A DNA stretch of 64,000 nucleotides from positions 211,172,001-211,236,000 of the forward strand of contig OZ024741.1 in the NCBI GenBank assembly GCA_964016885.1, given 5' to 3'. The notes below the pieces were generated by a model. The model was not told where the DNA came from, made no database searches, and saw nothing but the letters and a program-made list of their open reading frames with translations. Source of the stretch: Eledone cirrhosa (lineage: Eukaryota). The position numbers and the translations under genes are program-made. Each line of letters opens with the position of its first letter. Position 1 is the first letter of the stretch. Shown piece after piece: positions 30,501-43,200 of this stretch.

Positions 30501-33500
30501 TCCACCGTCTCAGCCACAGTCCACTGTCTCAGCCTCAGTCCACCTATCTCAGCCTCAGTCCACCTATCTCAGCCTCAGTCCACCGTCTCAGCCACAGTCC
30601 ACTGTCTCAGCCTCAGTCCACCTATCTCAGTCTCAGTCCACTGTCTCAGCCACAGTCCACTGTCTCAGTCTCAGTCCACTGTCTCAGCCTCAGTCCACTG
30701 TCTCAGTCTCAGTCCACCTATCTCAGCCACAGTCCACTGTCTCAGCCTCAGTCCACCTATCTCAGCCACAGTCCACTGTCTCAGCCACAGTCCACTGTCT
30801 CAGCCACAGTCCACTGTCTCAGCCTCAGTCCACTGTCTCAGTCTCAGTCCACTGTCTCAGCCACAGTCCACCTATCTCAGCCACAGTCCACCTATCTCAG
30901 CCACAGACCACTTATCTCAGTCTCAGTCCACCTATCTCAGTCTCAGTCCACTGTCTCAGCCTCAGTCCACCTATCTCAGTCACAGTCCACCTATCTCAGT
31001 CTCAGTCCACTGTCTCAGCCACAGACCACTTATCTCAGTCTCAGTCCACCTATCTCAGTCTCAGTCCACCTATCTCAGCCTCAGTCCACCTATCTCAGCC
31101 ACAGTCCACCTATCTCAGCCACAGTCCACTGTCTCATCCTCAGTCAACCTATCTCAGCCACAGTCCACAGTCTCAGCCTCAGTCCACCTATGTCAGCCAC
31201 AGTCTCACTGTCTCAGCCTCAGTCCACTCTCTCAACCACAGTCCACTTATCTCAGTCTCAGTCCACTGTCTCAGCCACAGTCCACTGTCTCAGCCTCAGT
31301 CCACTGTCTCAGCCTCAGTCCACCTATCTCAGCCACAGTCCACCTATCTCAGCCACAGTCCACTGTCTCAGCCTCAGTCCACCTATCTCAGCCACAGTCC
31401 ACCTATCTCAGTCTCAGTCCACCTACCTCAGCCTCAGTCCACCTATCTCAGCCACAGTCCACTATCTCAGCCTCAGTCCACTGTATCAGTCTCAGTCCGC
31501 AGTCTCAGCCACAGTCCACTGTCTCAGCCACAGTCCACCTATCTCAGCCACAGTCCACTGTCTCAGCCTCAGTCCACCTATCTCAGCCACAGTCCACCTA
31601 TCTCAGCCACAGTCCACTGTCTCAGCCTCAGTCCACCTATCTCAGCCACAGTCCACCTATCTCAGCCACAGTCCACTGTCTCAGCCACAGTCCATTGTCT
31701 CAGCCTCAGTCCGCTGTCTCAGCCTCAGTACACCTATCTCAGCCACAGTCCACTGTCTCAGCCTCAGTCCACCTATCTCAGCCACAGTCCACCTATCTCA
31801 GCCACAGTCCACTGTCTCAGCCACAGTCCACTGTCTCAGCCTCAGTCCACTGTCTCAGCCTCAGTCCACCTATCTCAGCCACAGTCCACTGTCTCAGCCA
31901 CAGTCCACTGTCTCAGCCTCAGTTCACTGTCTCAGCCACAGTCCACTGTCTCAGCTACAGTCCACTGTCTGAGCCACAGTCCATTGTCTCAGCCTCAGTC
32001 CACTGTCTCAGCCTCAGTACACCTATCTCAGCCACAGTCCACTGTCTCAGCCTCAGTCCACCTATCTCAGCCACAGTCCACCTATCTCAGCCACAGTCCA
32101 CTGTCTCAGCCACAGTCCATTGTCTCAGCCTCAGTCCACTGTCTCATCCTCAGTACACCTATCTCAGCCACAGTCCACTGTCTCAGCCTCAGTCCACCTA
32201 TCTCAGCCACAGTCCACCTATCTCAGCCACAGTCCACTGTCTCAGCCACAGTCCATTGTCTCAGCCTCAGTCCACCGTCTCAGCCTCAGTACACCTATCT
32301 CAGCCACAGTCCACTGTCTCAGCCACAATCCACCTATCTCAGCCAGAGTCCACCGTCTCAGCCACAGTCCACTGTCTCAGCCACAGTCCACTGTCTCAGT
32401 CTCAGTCCACTGTCTCAGCCTCAGTCCACTGTCTTAGCCTCAGTCCACCTATCTCAGCCTCAGTCCACTGTCTCAGCCACAGTCCACTGTCTCTATCTCG
32501 GTCCACCTATCTCAGCCACAGTCCACTGTCTCAGCCACAGTCCACTGTCTCAGCCACAGTCCACTGTCTCAGCTACAGTCCACTGTCTCAGCCACAGTCC
32601 ACTGTCTCAGCCTCAGTCCACTGTCTCAGCCACAGTCCACTTATCTCAGCCTCAGTCCACTGTCTCAGTCTCAGTCCACCTATCTCAGCGACAGTCCACT
32701 TATCTCAGCCACAGTCCACTGTCTCAGCCTCAGTCCACTGTCTCAGCCACAGTCCACTTATCTCAGTCTCAGTCCACTGTCTCAGCCACAGTCCACTGTC
32801 TCATCCTCAGTCCACCTATCTCAGCCACAGTCCACAGTCTCAGCCTCAGTCCACCTACCTCAGCCTCAGTCCACCTATCTCAGCCACAGTCCACGTATCT
32901 CAGCCACAGTCCACTGTCTCAGCCACAGTCCACTGTCTCAGCCACAGTCCACTGTCTCAGCCTCAGTCCACTGTCTCAGCCACAGTCCACCTATCTCAGC
33001 CACAGTCCACTGTCTCAGCCTCAGTCCACTGTCTCAGCCACAGTCCACCTATCTCAGCCACAGTCCACTGTCTCAGCCACAGTCCACCGTCTCAGCCACA
33101 GTCCACTGTCTCAGCCTCAGTCCACTGTCTCAGTCTCAGTCCACCTATCTCAGCCACAGTCCACTGTCTCAGCCTCAGTCCACCTATCTCAGCCACAGTC
33201 CACTGTCTCAGCCACAGTCTACTGTCTCAGCCACAGTCCACTGTCTCAGCCTCAGTCCACTGTCTCAGTCTCAGTCCACCTATCTCAGCCACAGTCCACT
33301 GTCTCAGCCACAGTCCACTGTCTCAGCATCAGTCCACCTATCTCAGCCTCAGTCCACTGTCTCAGTCTCAGTCCACCTATCTCAGCCACAGTCCACCTAT
33401 CTCAGCCACAGTCCACTGTCTCAGCCGCAGTCCACTGTCTCAGCCACAGTCCACTGTCTCAGCATCAGTCCACCTATCTCAGCCTCAGTCCACTGTCTCA
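3600..33500. repeat. Higher-order repeat domain A (~8 copies of a variable 3.6-4.4 kb unit)
   Basis: Rare marker TCTGAGCC at 4121, 7677, 11266, 15028, 19374, 23781, 27604, 31968. Marker CTCTATCTCGG (first G) at 4886, 8423, 12012, 15774, 20120, 24313, 28136, 28929, 32500. Domain boundaries are approximate. Confidence 0.9.
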
Positions 33501-36500
33501 GTCTCAGTCCACCTACCTCAGCCTCAGTCCACCTATCTCAGCCACAGTCCACGTATCTCAGCCACAGTCCACTGTCTCAGCCTCAGTCCACTGTCTCAGT
33601 CTCAGTCCACTGTCTCAGCCACAGTCCACTGTCTCAGCCACAGTCCACCTATCTCAGCCACAGTCCACTGTCTCAGCCTCAGTCCACCTATCTCAGCCAC
33701 GGTCCACCTATCTCAGCCACAGTCCACTGTCTCAGCCTCAGTCCACCTATCTCAGCCACAGTCCACAGTCTCAGCCTCAGTCCACCTATCTCAGCCTCAG
33801 TCCACCTATCTCAGCCACATACCACTTATCTCAGTCTCAGTCCACCTATCTCAGCCACAGTCCACTTATCTCAGTCTCAGTCCACTGTCTCAGCCTCAGT
33901 CCACCTATCTCAGCCACAGTCCACTGTCTCATCCTCAGTCCACCTATCTCAGCCACAGTCCACCTATCTCAGTCTCAGTCCACTGTCTCAGCCACAATCC
34001 ACTTATCTCAGTCTCAGTCCACTGTCTCAGCCACAGTCCACTGTCTCATCCTCAGTCCACCTATCTCAGCCAGAGTCCACTGTCTCAGCCACAGTCCACT
34101 GTCTCAGCCACAGTCCACTGTCTCAGCCTCAGTCCACCTATCTCAGGCACAGTCCACTGTCTCAGCCACAATCCACTGTATCAGCCTCAGTCCACTGTCT
34201 CAGCCTCAGTCCACCTATCTCAGCCACAGTCCACTGTCTCAGCCTCAGTCCACTGTCTCAGTCTCAGTCCACTGTCTCAGCCACAGTCCACTGTCTCAGC
34301 CACAGTCCTCCTATCTCAGCCACAGTCCACTGTCTCAGCCTCAGTCCACCTATCTCAGCCACAGTCCACCTATCTCAGCCACAGTCCACTGTCACAGCCA
34401 CAGTCCATTGTCTCAGCCTCAGTCCACTGTCTCAGCCTCAGTACACCTATCTCAGCCACAGTCCACCTATCTCAGACACAGTCCACTGTCTCAGCCAGAG
34501 TCCACTGTCTCAGCCACAGTCCACTGTCTCAGCCACAGTCCACTGTCTCAGCCTCAGTCCACTGTCTCAGCCTCAGTCCACCTATCTCAGCCACAGTCCA
34601 CCTATCTCAGCCACAGTCCACTGTCTCAGCCACAGTCCACTGTCTCAGCCACAGTCCACTGTCTCAGCCTCAGTCCACCTATCTCAGTCTCAGTCCACCT
34701 ACCTCAGCCTCAGTCCACCTATCTCAGCCACAGTCCACGTATCTCAGCCACAGTCCACTGTCTCAGCCTCAGTCCACTGTCTCAGTCTCAGTCCACTGTC
34801 TCAGCCACAGTCCACTGTCTCAGCCACAGTCCACCTATCTCAGCCACAGTCCACTGTCTCAGCCTCAGTCCACCTATCTCAGCCACGGTCCACCTATCTC
34901 AGCCACAGTCCACTGTCTCAGCCTCAGTCCACCTATCTCAGCCACAGTCCACTGTCTCAGCCACAGCCCACCTATCTCAGCCACAGTCCACTGTCTCAGC
35001 CACAGTCCATTGTCTCAGCCTCAGTCCACTGTCTCAGCCTCAGTACACCTATCTCAGCCACAGTCCACTGTCTCAGCCTCAGTCCACCTATCTCAGCCAC
35101 AGTCCACCTATCTCAGCCACAGTCCACTGTCTCAGCCAGAGTCCATTGTCTCAGCCTCAGTCCACTGTCTCAGCCTCAGTACACCTATCTCAGCCAGAGT
35201 CCACTGTCTCAGCCTCAGTCCACCTATCTCAGCCACAGTCCACCTATCTCAGCCACAGTCCACTGTCTCAGCCTCAGTCCACCTATCGTTGCCTCAGTCC
35301 ACTGTCTCAGCCACAGTCCACCTATCTCAGCCACAGTCCATTGTCTCAGCCTCAGTCCACTGTCTCAGCCTCAGTACACCTATCTCAGCCACAGTCCACT
35401 GTCTCAGCCTCAGTCCACCTATCTCAGCCACAGTCCACCTATCTCAGCCACAGTCCACTGTCTCAGCCAGAGTCCATTGTCTCAGCCTCAGTCCACTGTC
35501 TCAGCCTCAGTACACCTATCTCAGCCAGAGTCCACTGTCTCAGCCTCAGTCCACCTATCTCAGCCACAGTCCACCTATCTCAGCCACAGTCCACTGTCTC
35601 AGCCTCAGTCCACCTATCTCTGCCTCAGTCCACTGTCTCAGCCACAGTCCACCTATCTCAGCCACAGTCTATTGTCTCAGCCTCAGTCCACTGTCTCATC
35701 CTCAGTACACCTATCTCAGCCACAGTCTCACTGTCTCAGCCTTAGTCCACCTATCTCAGCCACAGTCCACCTATCTCAGCCACAGTCCACGTATCTCAGC
35801 CACAGTCCACTGTCTCAGCCTCAGTCCACTGTCTCAGTCTCAGTCCACTGTCTCAGCCACAGTCCACTGTCTCAGCCTCAGTCCACCTATCTCAGCCACA
35901 GTCCACCTATCTCAGCCACAGTCCACTGTCTCAGCCTCAGTCCACCTATCTCTGCCTCAGTCCACTGTCTCAGCCACAGTCCACCTATCTCAGCCACAGT
36001 CCATTGTCTCAGCCTCAGTCCACTGTCTCATCCTCAGTACACCTATCTCAGCCACAGTCTCACTGTCTCAGCCTTAGTCCACCTATCTCAGCCACAGTCC
36101 ACCTATCTCAGCCACAGTCCACGTATCTCATCCACAGTCCACTGTCTCAGCCTCAGTCCACTGTCTCAGTCTCAGTCCACTGTCTCAGCCACAGTCCACT
36201 GTCTCAGCCACAGTGCACCTATCTCAGCCACAGTCCACTGTCTCAGCCTCAGACCACCTATCTCAGCCACAGTCCACCTATCTCAACCACAGTCCACTGT
36301 CTCAGCCTCAGTCCACCTATCTCAGTCTCAGTCCACCTACCTCAGCCTCAGTCCACCTATCTCAGCCACAGTCCACCTATCTCAGCCACAGTCCACGTAT
36401 CTCAGCCACAGTCCACTGTCTCAGCCTCAGTCCACCTATCTCAGTCTCAGTCCACCTACCTCAGCCTCAGTCCACCTATCTCAGCCACAGTCCACCTATC

Positions 36501-37269
36501 TCAGCCACAGTCCACTGTCTCAGTCTCAGTCCACTGTCTCAGCCTCAGTCCACTGTCTCAGCCTCAGTACACCTATCTCAGCCACAGTCCACTGTCTCAG
36601 CCTCAGTCCACCTATCTCAGCCACAGTCCACCTATCTCAGCCACAGTCCACTGTCTCAGCCAGAGTCCACTGTCTCAGCCACAGTCCACTGTCTCAGCCA
36701 CAGTCCACTGTCTCAGCCTCAGTCCACTGTCTCAGCCTCAGTCCACCTATCTCAGCCACAGTCCACCTATCTCAGCCACAGTCCACTGTCTCAGCCACAG
36801 TCCACTGTCTCAGCCACAGTCCACTGTCTCAGCCTCAGTCCACCTATCTCAGTCTCAGTCCACCTACCTCAGCCTCAGTCCACCTATCTCAGCCACAGTC
36901 CACGTATCTCAGCCACAGTCCACTGTCTCAGCCTCAGTCCACTGTCTCAGTCACAGTCCACTGTCTCAGCCACAGTCCACTGTCTCAGCCACAGTCCACC
37001 TATCTCAGCCACAGTCCACTGTCTCAGCCTCAGTCCACCTATCTCAGCCACAGTCCACTGTCTCAGCCACAGTCCACCTATCTCAGCCACAGTCCACTGT
37101 CTCAGCCACAGTCCATTGTCTCAGCCTCAGTCCACTGTCTCAGCCTCAGTACACCTATCTCAGCCACAGTCCACCTATCTCAGCCACAGTCCACTGTCTC
37201 AGCCTCAGTACACCTATCTCAGCCACAGTCCACCTATCTCAGCCACAGTCCACTGTCTCAGCCTCAGCA

Positions 37270-40200
37270 CACCTATCGCAGCCTCAGTCCACTTTCTCAG
37301 CCTCAGTACACCTATCGCAGCCTCAGTCCACTGTCTCAGCCACAGTCCACCTATCTCAGCCACAGTCCACTGTCTCCGCCACAGTTCACCTATCTCAGCC
37401 ACAGTCCACCTATCTCAGCCACAGTCCACCTATCTCAGTCTCTGTCCACCTATCTCAGCCACAGTCCACCTACCTCAGCCACAGTCCACCTATCTCAGCC
37501 ACAGTCCACCTATCTCAGCCACAGTCCACTGTCTCAGCCACAGTCCATTGTCTCAGCCACAGTCCACTGTCTCAACCTCAGTCCACCGTCTCAGCCTCAG
37601 TCCACCTATCTCAGCCACAGTCCACTGTCTCAGCCTCAGTCCACTGTCTCAGTCTCAGTCCACCTATCTCAGCCACAGTCCACCTATCTCAGCCACAGTC
37701 CACTGTCTCAGCCACAGTCCACTGTCTCAGTCTCAGTCCACTGTCTCAGTCTCAGTCCACCTATCTCAGTCTCAGTCCACCTATCTCAGCCACAGTCCAC
37801 TGTCTCAGCCACAGTCCACTGTCTCAGCCACAGTCCACTGTCTCAGCCACAGTCCACTGTCTCAGTCTCAGTCCACTGTCTCAGCCTCAGTCCACCGTCT
37901 CAGCCTCAGTACACCTATCTCAGCCTCAGTCCACCTATCTCACCCTCAGTCCACCGTCTCAGCCTCAGTCCACTGTCTCACCCTCAGTCCACCGTCTCAG
38001 TCTCAGTCCACCTATCTCAGCCACAGTCCACTGTCTCAGCCACAGTCCACTGTCTCAGCCACAGTCCACTGTCTCAGCCACAGTCCACCTATCTCAGCCA
38101 CAGTCCACTGTCTCAGCCACAGTCCACTGTCTCAGCCTCAGTCCACTGTCTCAGCCTCAGTACACCTATCGCAGCCTCAGTCCACTGTCTCAGCCTCAGT
38201 ACACCTATCGCAGCCTCAGTCCACTGTCTCAGCCTCAGTCCACTGTCTCAGCCACACTCCACCTATCTCAGCCTCAGTCCACTTATCTCAGCCTCAGTCC
38301 ACTCTCTCAGCCTCAGTTCACCTATCTCAGCCTCAGTCGACTGTCTCAGCCTCAGTCCACTGCCTCAGCCTCAGTCCACTGGCTCAGCCTAAGTCCACTG
38401 TCTCAGCCACAGTCCACTGTCTCAGCCACAGTCCACTGTCTCAGTCTCAGTCCACTTATCTCAGCCACAGTCCACTTATCTCAGGCTCAGTCCACTGTCT
38501 CAGCCACAGTCCACCTATCTCAGCCACAGTCCACTTATCTCAGTCTCAGTCCACCTATCTCAGCCACAGTCCACCTATCTCAGCCACAGTCCACTGTCTC
38601 AGTCTCAGTCCACCGTCTCAGGCTCAGTCCACTGTCTCAGCCACAGTCCACCTATCGCAGCCACAGTCCACCTATCTCAGTCTCAGTCCACTGTCTCAGC
38701 CTCAGTACACCTATCGCAGCCTCAGTCCACTTTCTCAGCCTCAGTACACCTATCTCAGCCACAATCCACCTGTCTCAGCCTCAGTACACCTATCGCAGCC
38801 TCAGTCCACTGTCTCAGCCACAGTCCACTTATCTCAGCCTCAGTCCACCTATCTCAGCCACAGTCCACCTATCTCAGCCTCAGTCCACCTATCTCAGTCT
38901 CAGTCCACTGTCTCAGCCACAGTCCACTTATCTCAGCCTCAGTCCACCTATCTCAGTCTCAGTCCACCTATCTCAGCCTCAGTCCACTGTCTCAGCCACA
39001 GTCCACTTATCTCAGCCACAGTCCACTTATCTCAGCCTCAGTCCACCTATCTCAGCCTCAGTACACCTATCTCAGCCACAGTCCACTGTCTCAGCCACAG
39101 TCCACCTATCTCAGCCACAGTCCACCTATCAAAGCCACAGTCCACTGTCTCAGCCACAGTCCATTGTCTCAGCCACAGTCCACCTATCTCAGCCACAGTC
39201 CACCTATCTCAGCCACAGTCCACTGTCTCCGCCACAGTTCACCTATCTCAGCCACAGTCCACCTATCTCAGCCTCAGTCCACCTATCTCAGTCTCAGTCC
39301 ACCTATCTCAGCCATAGTCCACCTACCTCAGCCACAGTCCACCTATCTCAGCCACAGTCCACCTATCTCAGCCACAGTCCACCTATCTCAGTCTCAGTCC
39401 ACCGTCTCAGCCTCAGTCCACTGTCTCAGCCACAGTCCACTTATCTCAGCCACAGTCCACTGTCTCAGCCACAGTCCACCTATCTCAGCCACAGTCCACC
39501 TATCTCAGCCTCAGTCCACCTATCTCAGCCTAAGTCCACCGTCTCAGCCTCAGTCCACTAACTCAGCCTCAGTCCACTGTCGCAGTCTCAGTCCACCTAT
39601 CTCAGCCTAAGTCCACCGTCTCAGCCTCAGTCCACTGTCTCAACCTCAGTCCACCGTCTCAGCCTCAGTCCACCTATCTCAGCCACAGTCCACTGTCTCA
39701 ACCACAGTCCACTGTCTCAGCCACAGTCCACTGTCTCAGCCTCAGTCCACTGTCTCAGCCTCAGTCCACTTTCGCAGTCTCAGTCCACCTATCGCAGCCT
39801 CAGTCCACTGTCTCAGCCACAGTCCACTGTCTCAGCCACAGTCCACTGTCTCAGCCTCAGTCCACTGTCTCAGCCTCAGTCCACTGTCGCAGTCTCAGTC
39901 CACCTACCGCAGCCTCAGTCCACTGTCTCAGCCACAGTCCACTGTCTCAGCCTCAGTCCACTGTCGCAGTCTCAGTCCACCTATCTCAGCCACAGTCCAC
40001 TGTCTCAGCCACAGTCCACTGTCTCAGCCACAGTCCACTGTCTCAGCCTCAGTCCACTGTCTCAGCCTCAGTACACCTATCGCAGCCTCAGTCCACTGTC
40101 TCAGCCACAGTCCACTGTCTCAGCCTCAGTCCACTGTCTCAGCCACAGTCCACTGTCTCAGCCTCAGTCCACTGTCTCAGCCTCAGTCCACCTATCGCAG

Positions 40201-43200
40201 CCTCAGTCCACTCTCTCAGCCTCAGTACACCTATCTCAGCCACAGTCCACTGTCTCAGCCACAGTCCACTGTCTCAGCCTCAGTCCACTGTCTCAACCAC
40301 AGTCCACTGTCTCAGCCTCAGTCCACTGTCTCAGCCTCAGTACACCTATCGCAGCCTCAGTCCACTGTCTCAGCCACAGTCCACTGTCTCAGCCTCAGTC
40401 CACTGTCTCAGCCTCAGTCCACTGTCTCAGCCTCAGTCCACTGTCTCAGCCACAGTCCACTGTCTCAGCCTCAGTCCACTGTCTCAGCCACAGTCCACTG
40501 TCTCAGCCTCAGTCCACTGTCGCAGTCTCAGTCCACTGTCTCAGCCTCAGTACACCTATCGCAGCCTCAGTCCACTGTCTCAGCCACAGTCCACTGTCTC
40601 AGCCTCAGTCCACTGTCTCAGCCACAGTCCACTGTCTCAGCCTCAGTCCACTGTCTCAGCCTCAGTCCACTGTCTCAGCCTCAGTACACCTATCGCAGCC
40701 TCAGTCCACTGTCTCAGCCACAGTCCACTGTCTCAGCCTCAGTCCACTGTCTCAGCCTCAGTCCACTGTCTCAGCCTCAGTCCACTGTCTCAGCCACAGT
40801 CCACTGTCTCAGTCTCAGTCCACCTATCTCAGCCACAGTCCACTGTCACAGCCACAGTCCACTGTCTCAGCCTCAGTCCACTGTCGCAGTCTCAGTCCAC
40901 CTCTCTCAGCCTCAGTCCACCTATCTCAGCCACAGTCCACTGTCTCAGCCTCAGTCCACTGTCTCAGCCTCAGTCCACTGTCGCAGTCTCAGTCCACCTA
41001 TCTCAGCCACCGTCCACTGTCTCAGCCACAGTCCACTGTCTCAGCCACAGTCCACTGTCTCAGCCTCAGTCTACTGTCTCAGCCTCAGTACACCTATCGC
41101 AGCCTCAGTCCACTGTCTCAGCCTCAGTACACCTATCGCAGCCACAGTCCACTGTCTCAGCTTCAGTACACCTATCGCAGCCTCAGTCCACTGTCTCAGC
41201 CTCAGTCCACTGTCTCAGCCACAGTCCACCTATCTCAGCCTCAGTCCACTTATCTCAGCCTCAGTCCACTCTCTCAGCCTCAGTTCACCTATCTCAGCCT
41301 CAGTCCACTGTCTCAGCCTCAGTCCACTGCCTCAGCCTCAGTCCACTGTCTCAGCCTAAGTCCACTGTCTCAGCCACAGTCCACTGTCTCAGCCACAGTC
41401 CACTGTCTCAGTCTCAGTCCACTTATCTCAGCCACAGTCCACTTATATCAGGCTCAGTCCACTGTCTCAGCCACAGTCCACCTATCTCAGCCACAGTCCA
41501 CCTATCTCAGCCACAGTCCACTGTCTCAGTCTCAGTCCACCGTCTCAGGCTCAGTCCACTGTCTCAGCCACAGTCCACCTATCGCAGCCACAGTCCACCT
41601 ATCTCAGTCTCAGTCCACTGTCTCAGCCTCAGTACACCTATCGCAGCCTCAGTCCACTGTCTCAGCCTCAGTACACCTATCTCAGCCACAATCCACCTGT
41701 CTCAGCCTCAGTACACCTATCGCAGCCTCAGTCCACTGTCTCAGCCACAGTCCACCTATCTCAGCCACAGTCCACCTATCTCAGCCTCAGTCCACCTATC
41801 TCAGTCTCAGTCCACCTATCTCAGCCTCAGTCCACTGTCTCAGCCACAGTCCACTTATCTCAGCCACAGTCCACTTATCTCAGCCTCAGTCCACCTATCT
41901 CAGCCTCAGTACACCTATCTCAGCCACAGTCCACTGTCTCAGCCACAGTCCACCTATCTCAGCCACAGTCCACCTATCTCAGCCACAGTCCACTGTCTCA
42001 GCCACAGTCCATTGTCTCAGCCACAGTCCACCTATCTCAGCCACAGTCCACCTATCTCAGCCACAGTCCACTGTCTCCGCCACAGTTCACCTATCTCAGC
42101 CACAGTCCACCTATCTCAGCCTCAGTCCACCTATCTCAGTCTCAGTCCACCTATCTCAGCCATAGTCCACCTACCTCAGCCACAGTCCACCTATCTCAGC
42201 CACAGTCCACCTATCTCAGCCACAGTCCACTGTCTCAGCCACAGTCCATTGTCTCAGCCACAGTCCACTGTCTCAACCTCAGTCCACCGTCTCAGCCTCA
42301 GTCCACCTATCTCAGCCACAGTCCACTGTCTCAGCCTCAGTCCACTGTCTCAGTCTCAGTCCACCTATCTCAGCCACAGTCCACCTATCTCAGCCACAGT
42401 CCACTGTCTCAGCCACAGTCCACTGTCTCAGTCTCAGTCCACTGTCTCAGTCTCAGTCCACCTATCTCAGTCTCAGTCCACCTATCTCAGCCACAGTCCA
42501 CTGTCTCAGCCACAGTCCACTGTCTCAGCCACAGTCCACTGTCTCAGCCACAGTCCACTGTCTCAGTCTCAGTCCACTGTCTCAGCCTCAGTCCACCGTC
42601 TCAGCCTCAGTACACCTATCTCAGCCTCAGTCCACCTATCTCACCCTCAGTCCACCGTCTCAGCCTCAGTCCACTGTCTCACCCTCAGTCCACCGTCTCA
42701 GTCTCAGTCCACCTATCTCAGCCACAGTCCACTGTCTCAGCCACAGTCCACTGTCTCAGCCACAGTCCACTGTCTCAGCCACAGTCCACCTATCTCAGCC
42801 ACAGTCCACTGTCTCAGCCACAGTCCACTGTCTCAGCCTCAGTCCACTGTCTCAGCCTCAGTACACCTATCGCAGCCTCAGTCCACTGTCTCAGCCTCAG
42901 TACACCTATCGCAGCCTCAGTCCACTGTCTCAGCCTCAGTCCACTGTCTCAGCCACACTCCACCTATCTCAGCCTCAGTCCACTTATCTCAGCCTCAGTC
43001 CACTCTCTCAGCCTCAGTTCACCTATCTCAGCCTCAGTCGACTGTCTCAGCCTCAGTCCACTGCCTCAGCCTCAGTCCACTGGCTCAGCCTAAGTCCACT
43101 GTCTCAGCCACAGTCCACTGTCTCAGCCACAGTCCACTGTCTCAGTCTCAGTCCACTTATCTCAGCCACAGTCCACTTATCTCAGGCTCAGTCCACTGTC

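Noticed and set aside
36209-36215. CACAGTG matching the V(D)J RSS heptamer; CACAGT is also present in many monomers
   Set aside because: Single point variant of the monomer; no nonamer (ACAAAAACC) at 12/23 bp and no associated genes.
37214-37402. 62-aa minus-strand ORF
   Set aside because: Chance run of unit lengths that keeps TGA/TAG out of one frame; pure repeat translation.
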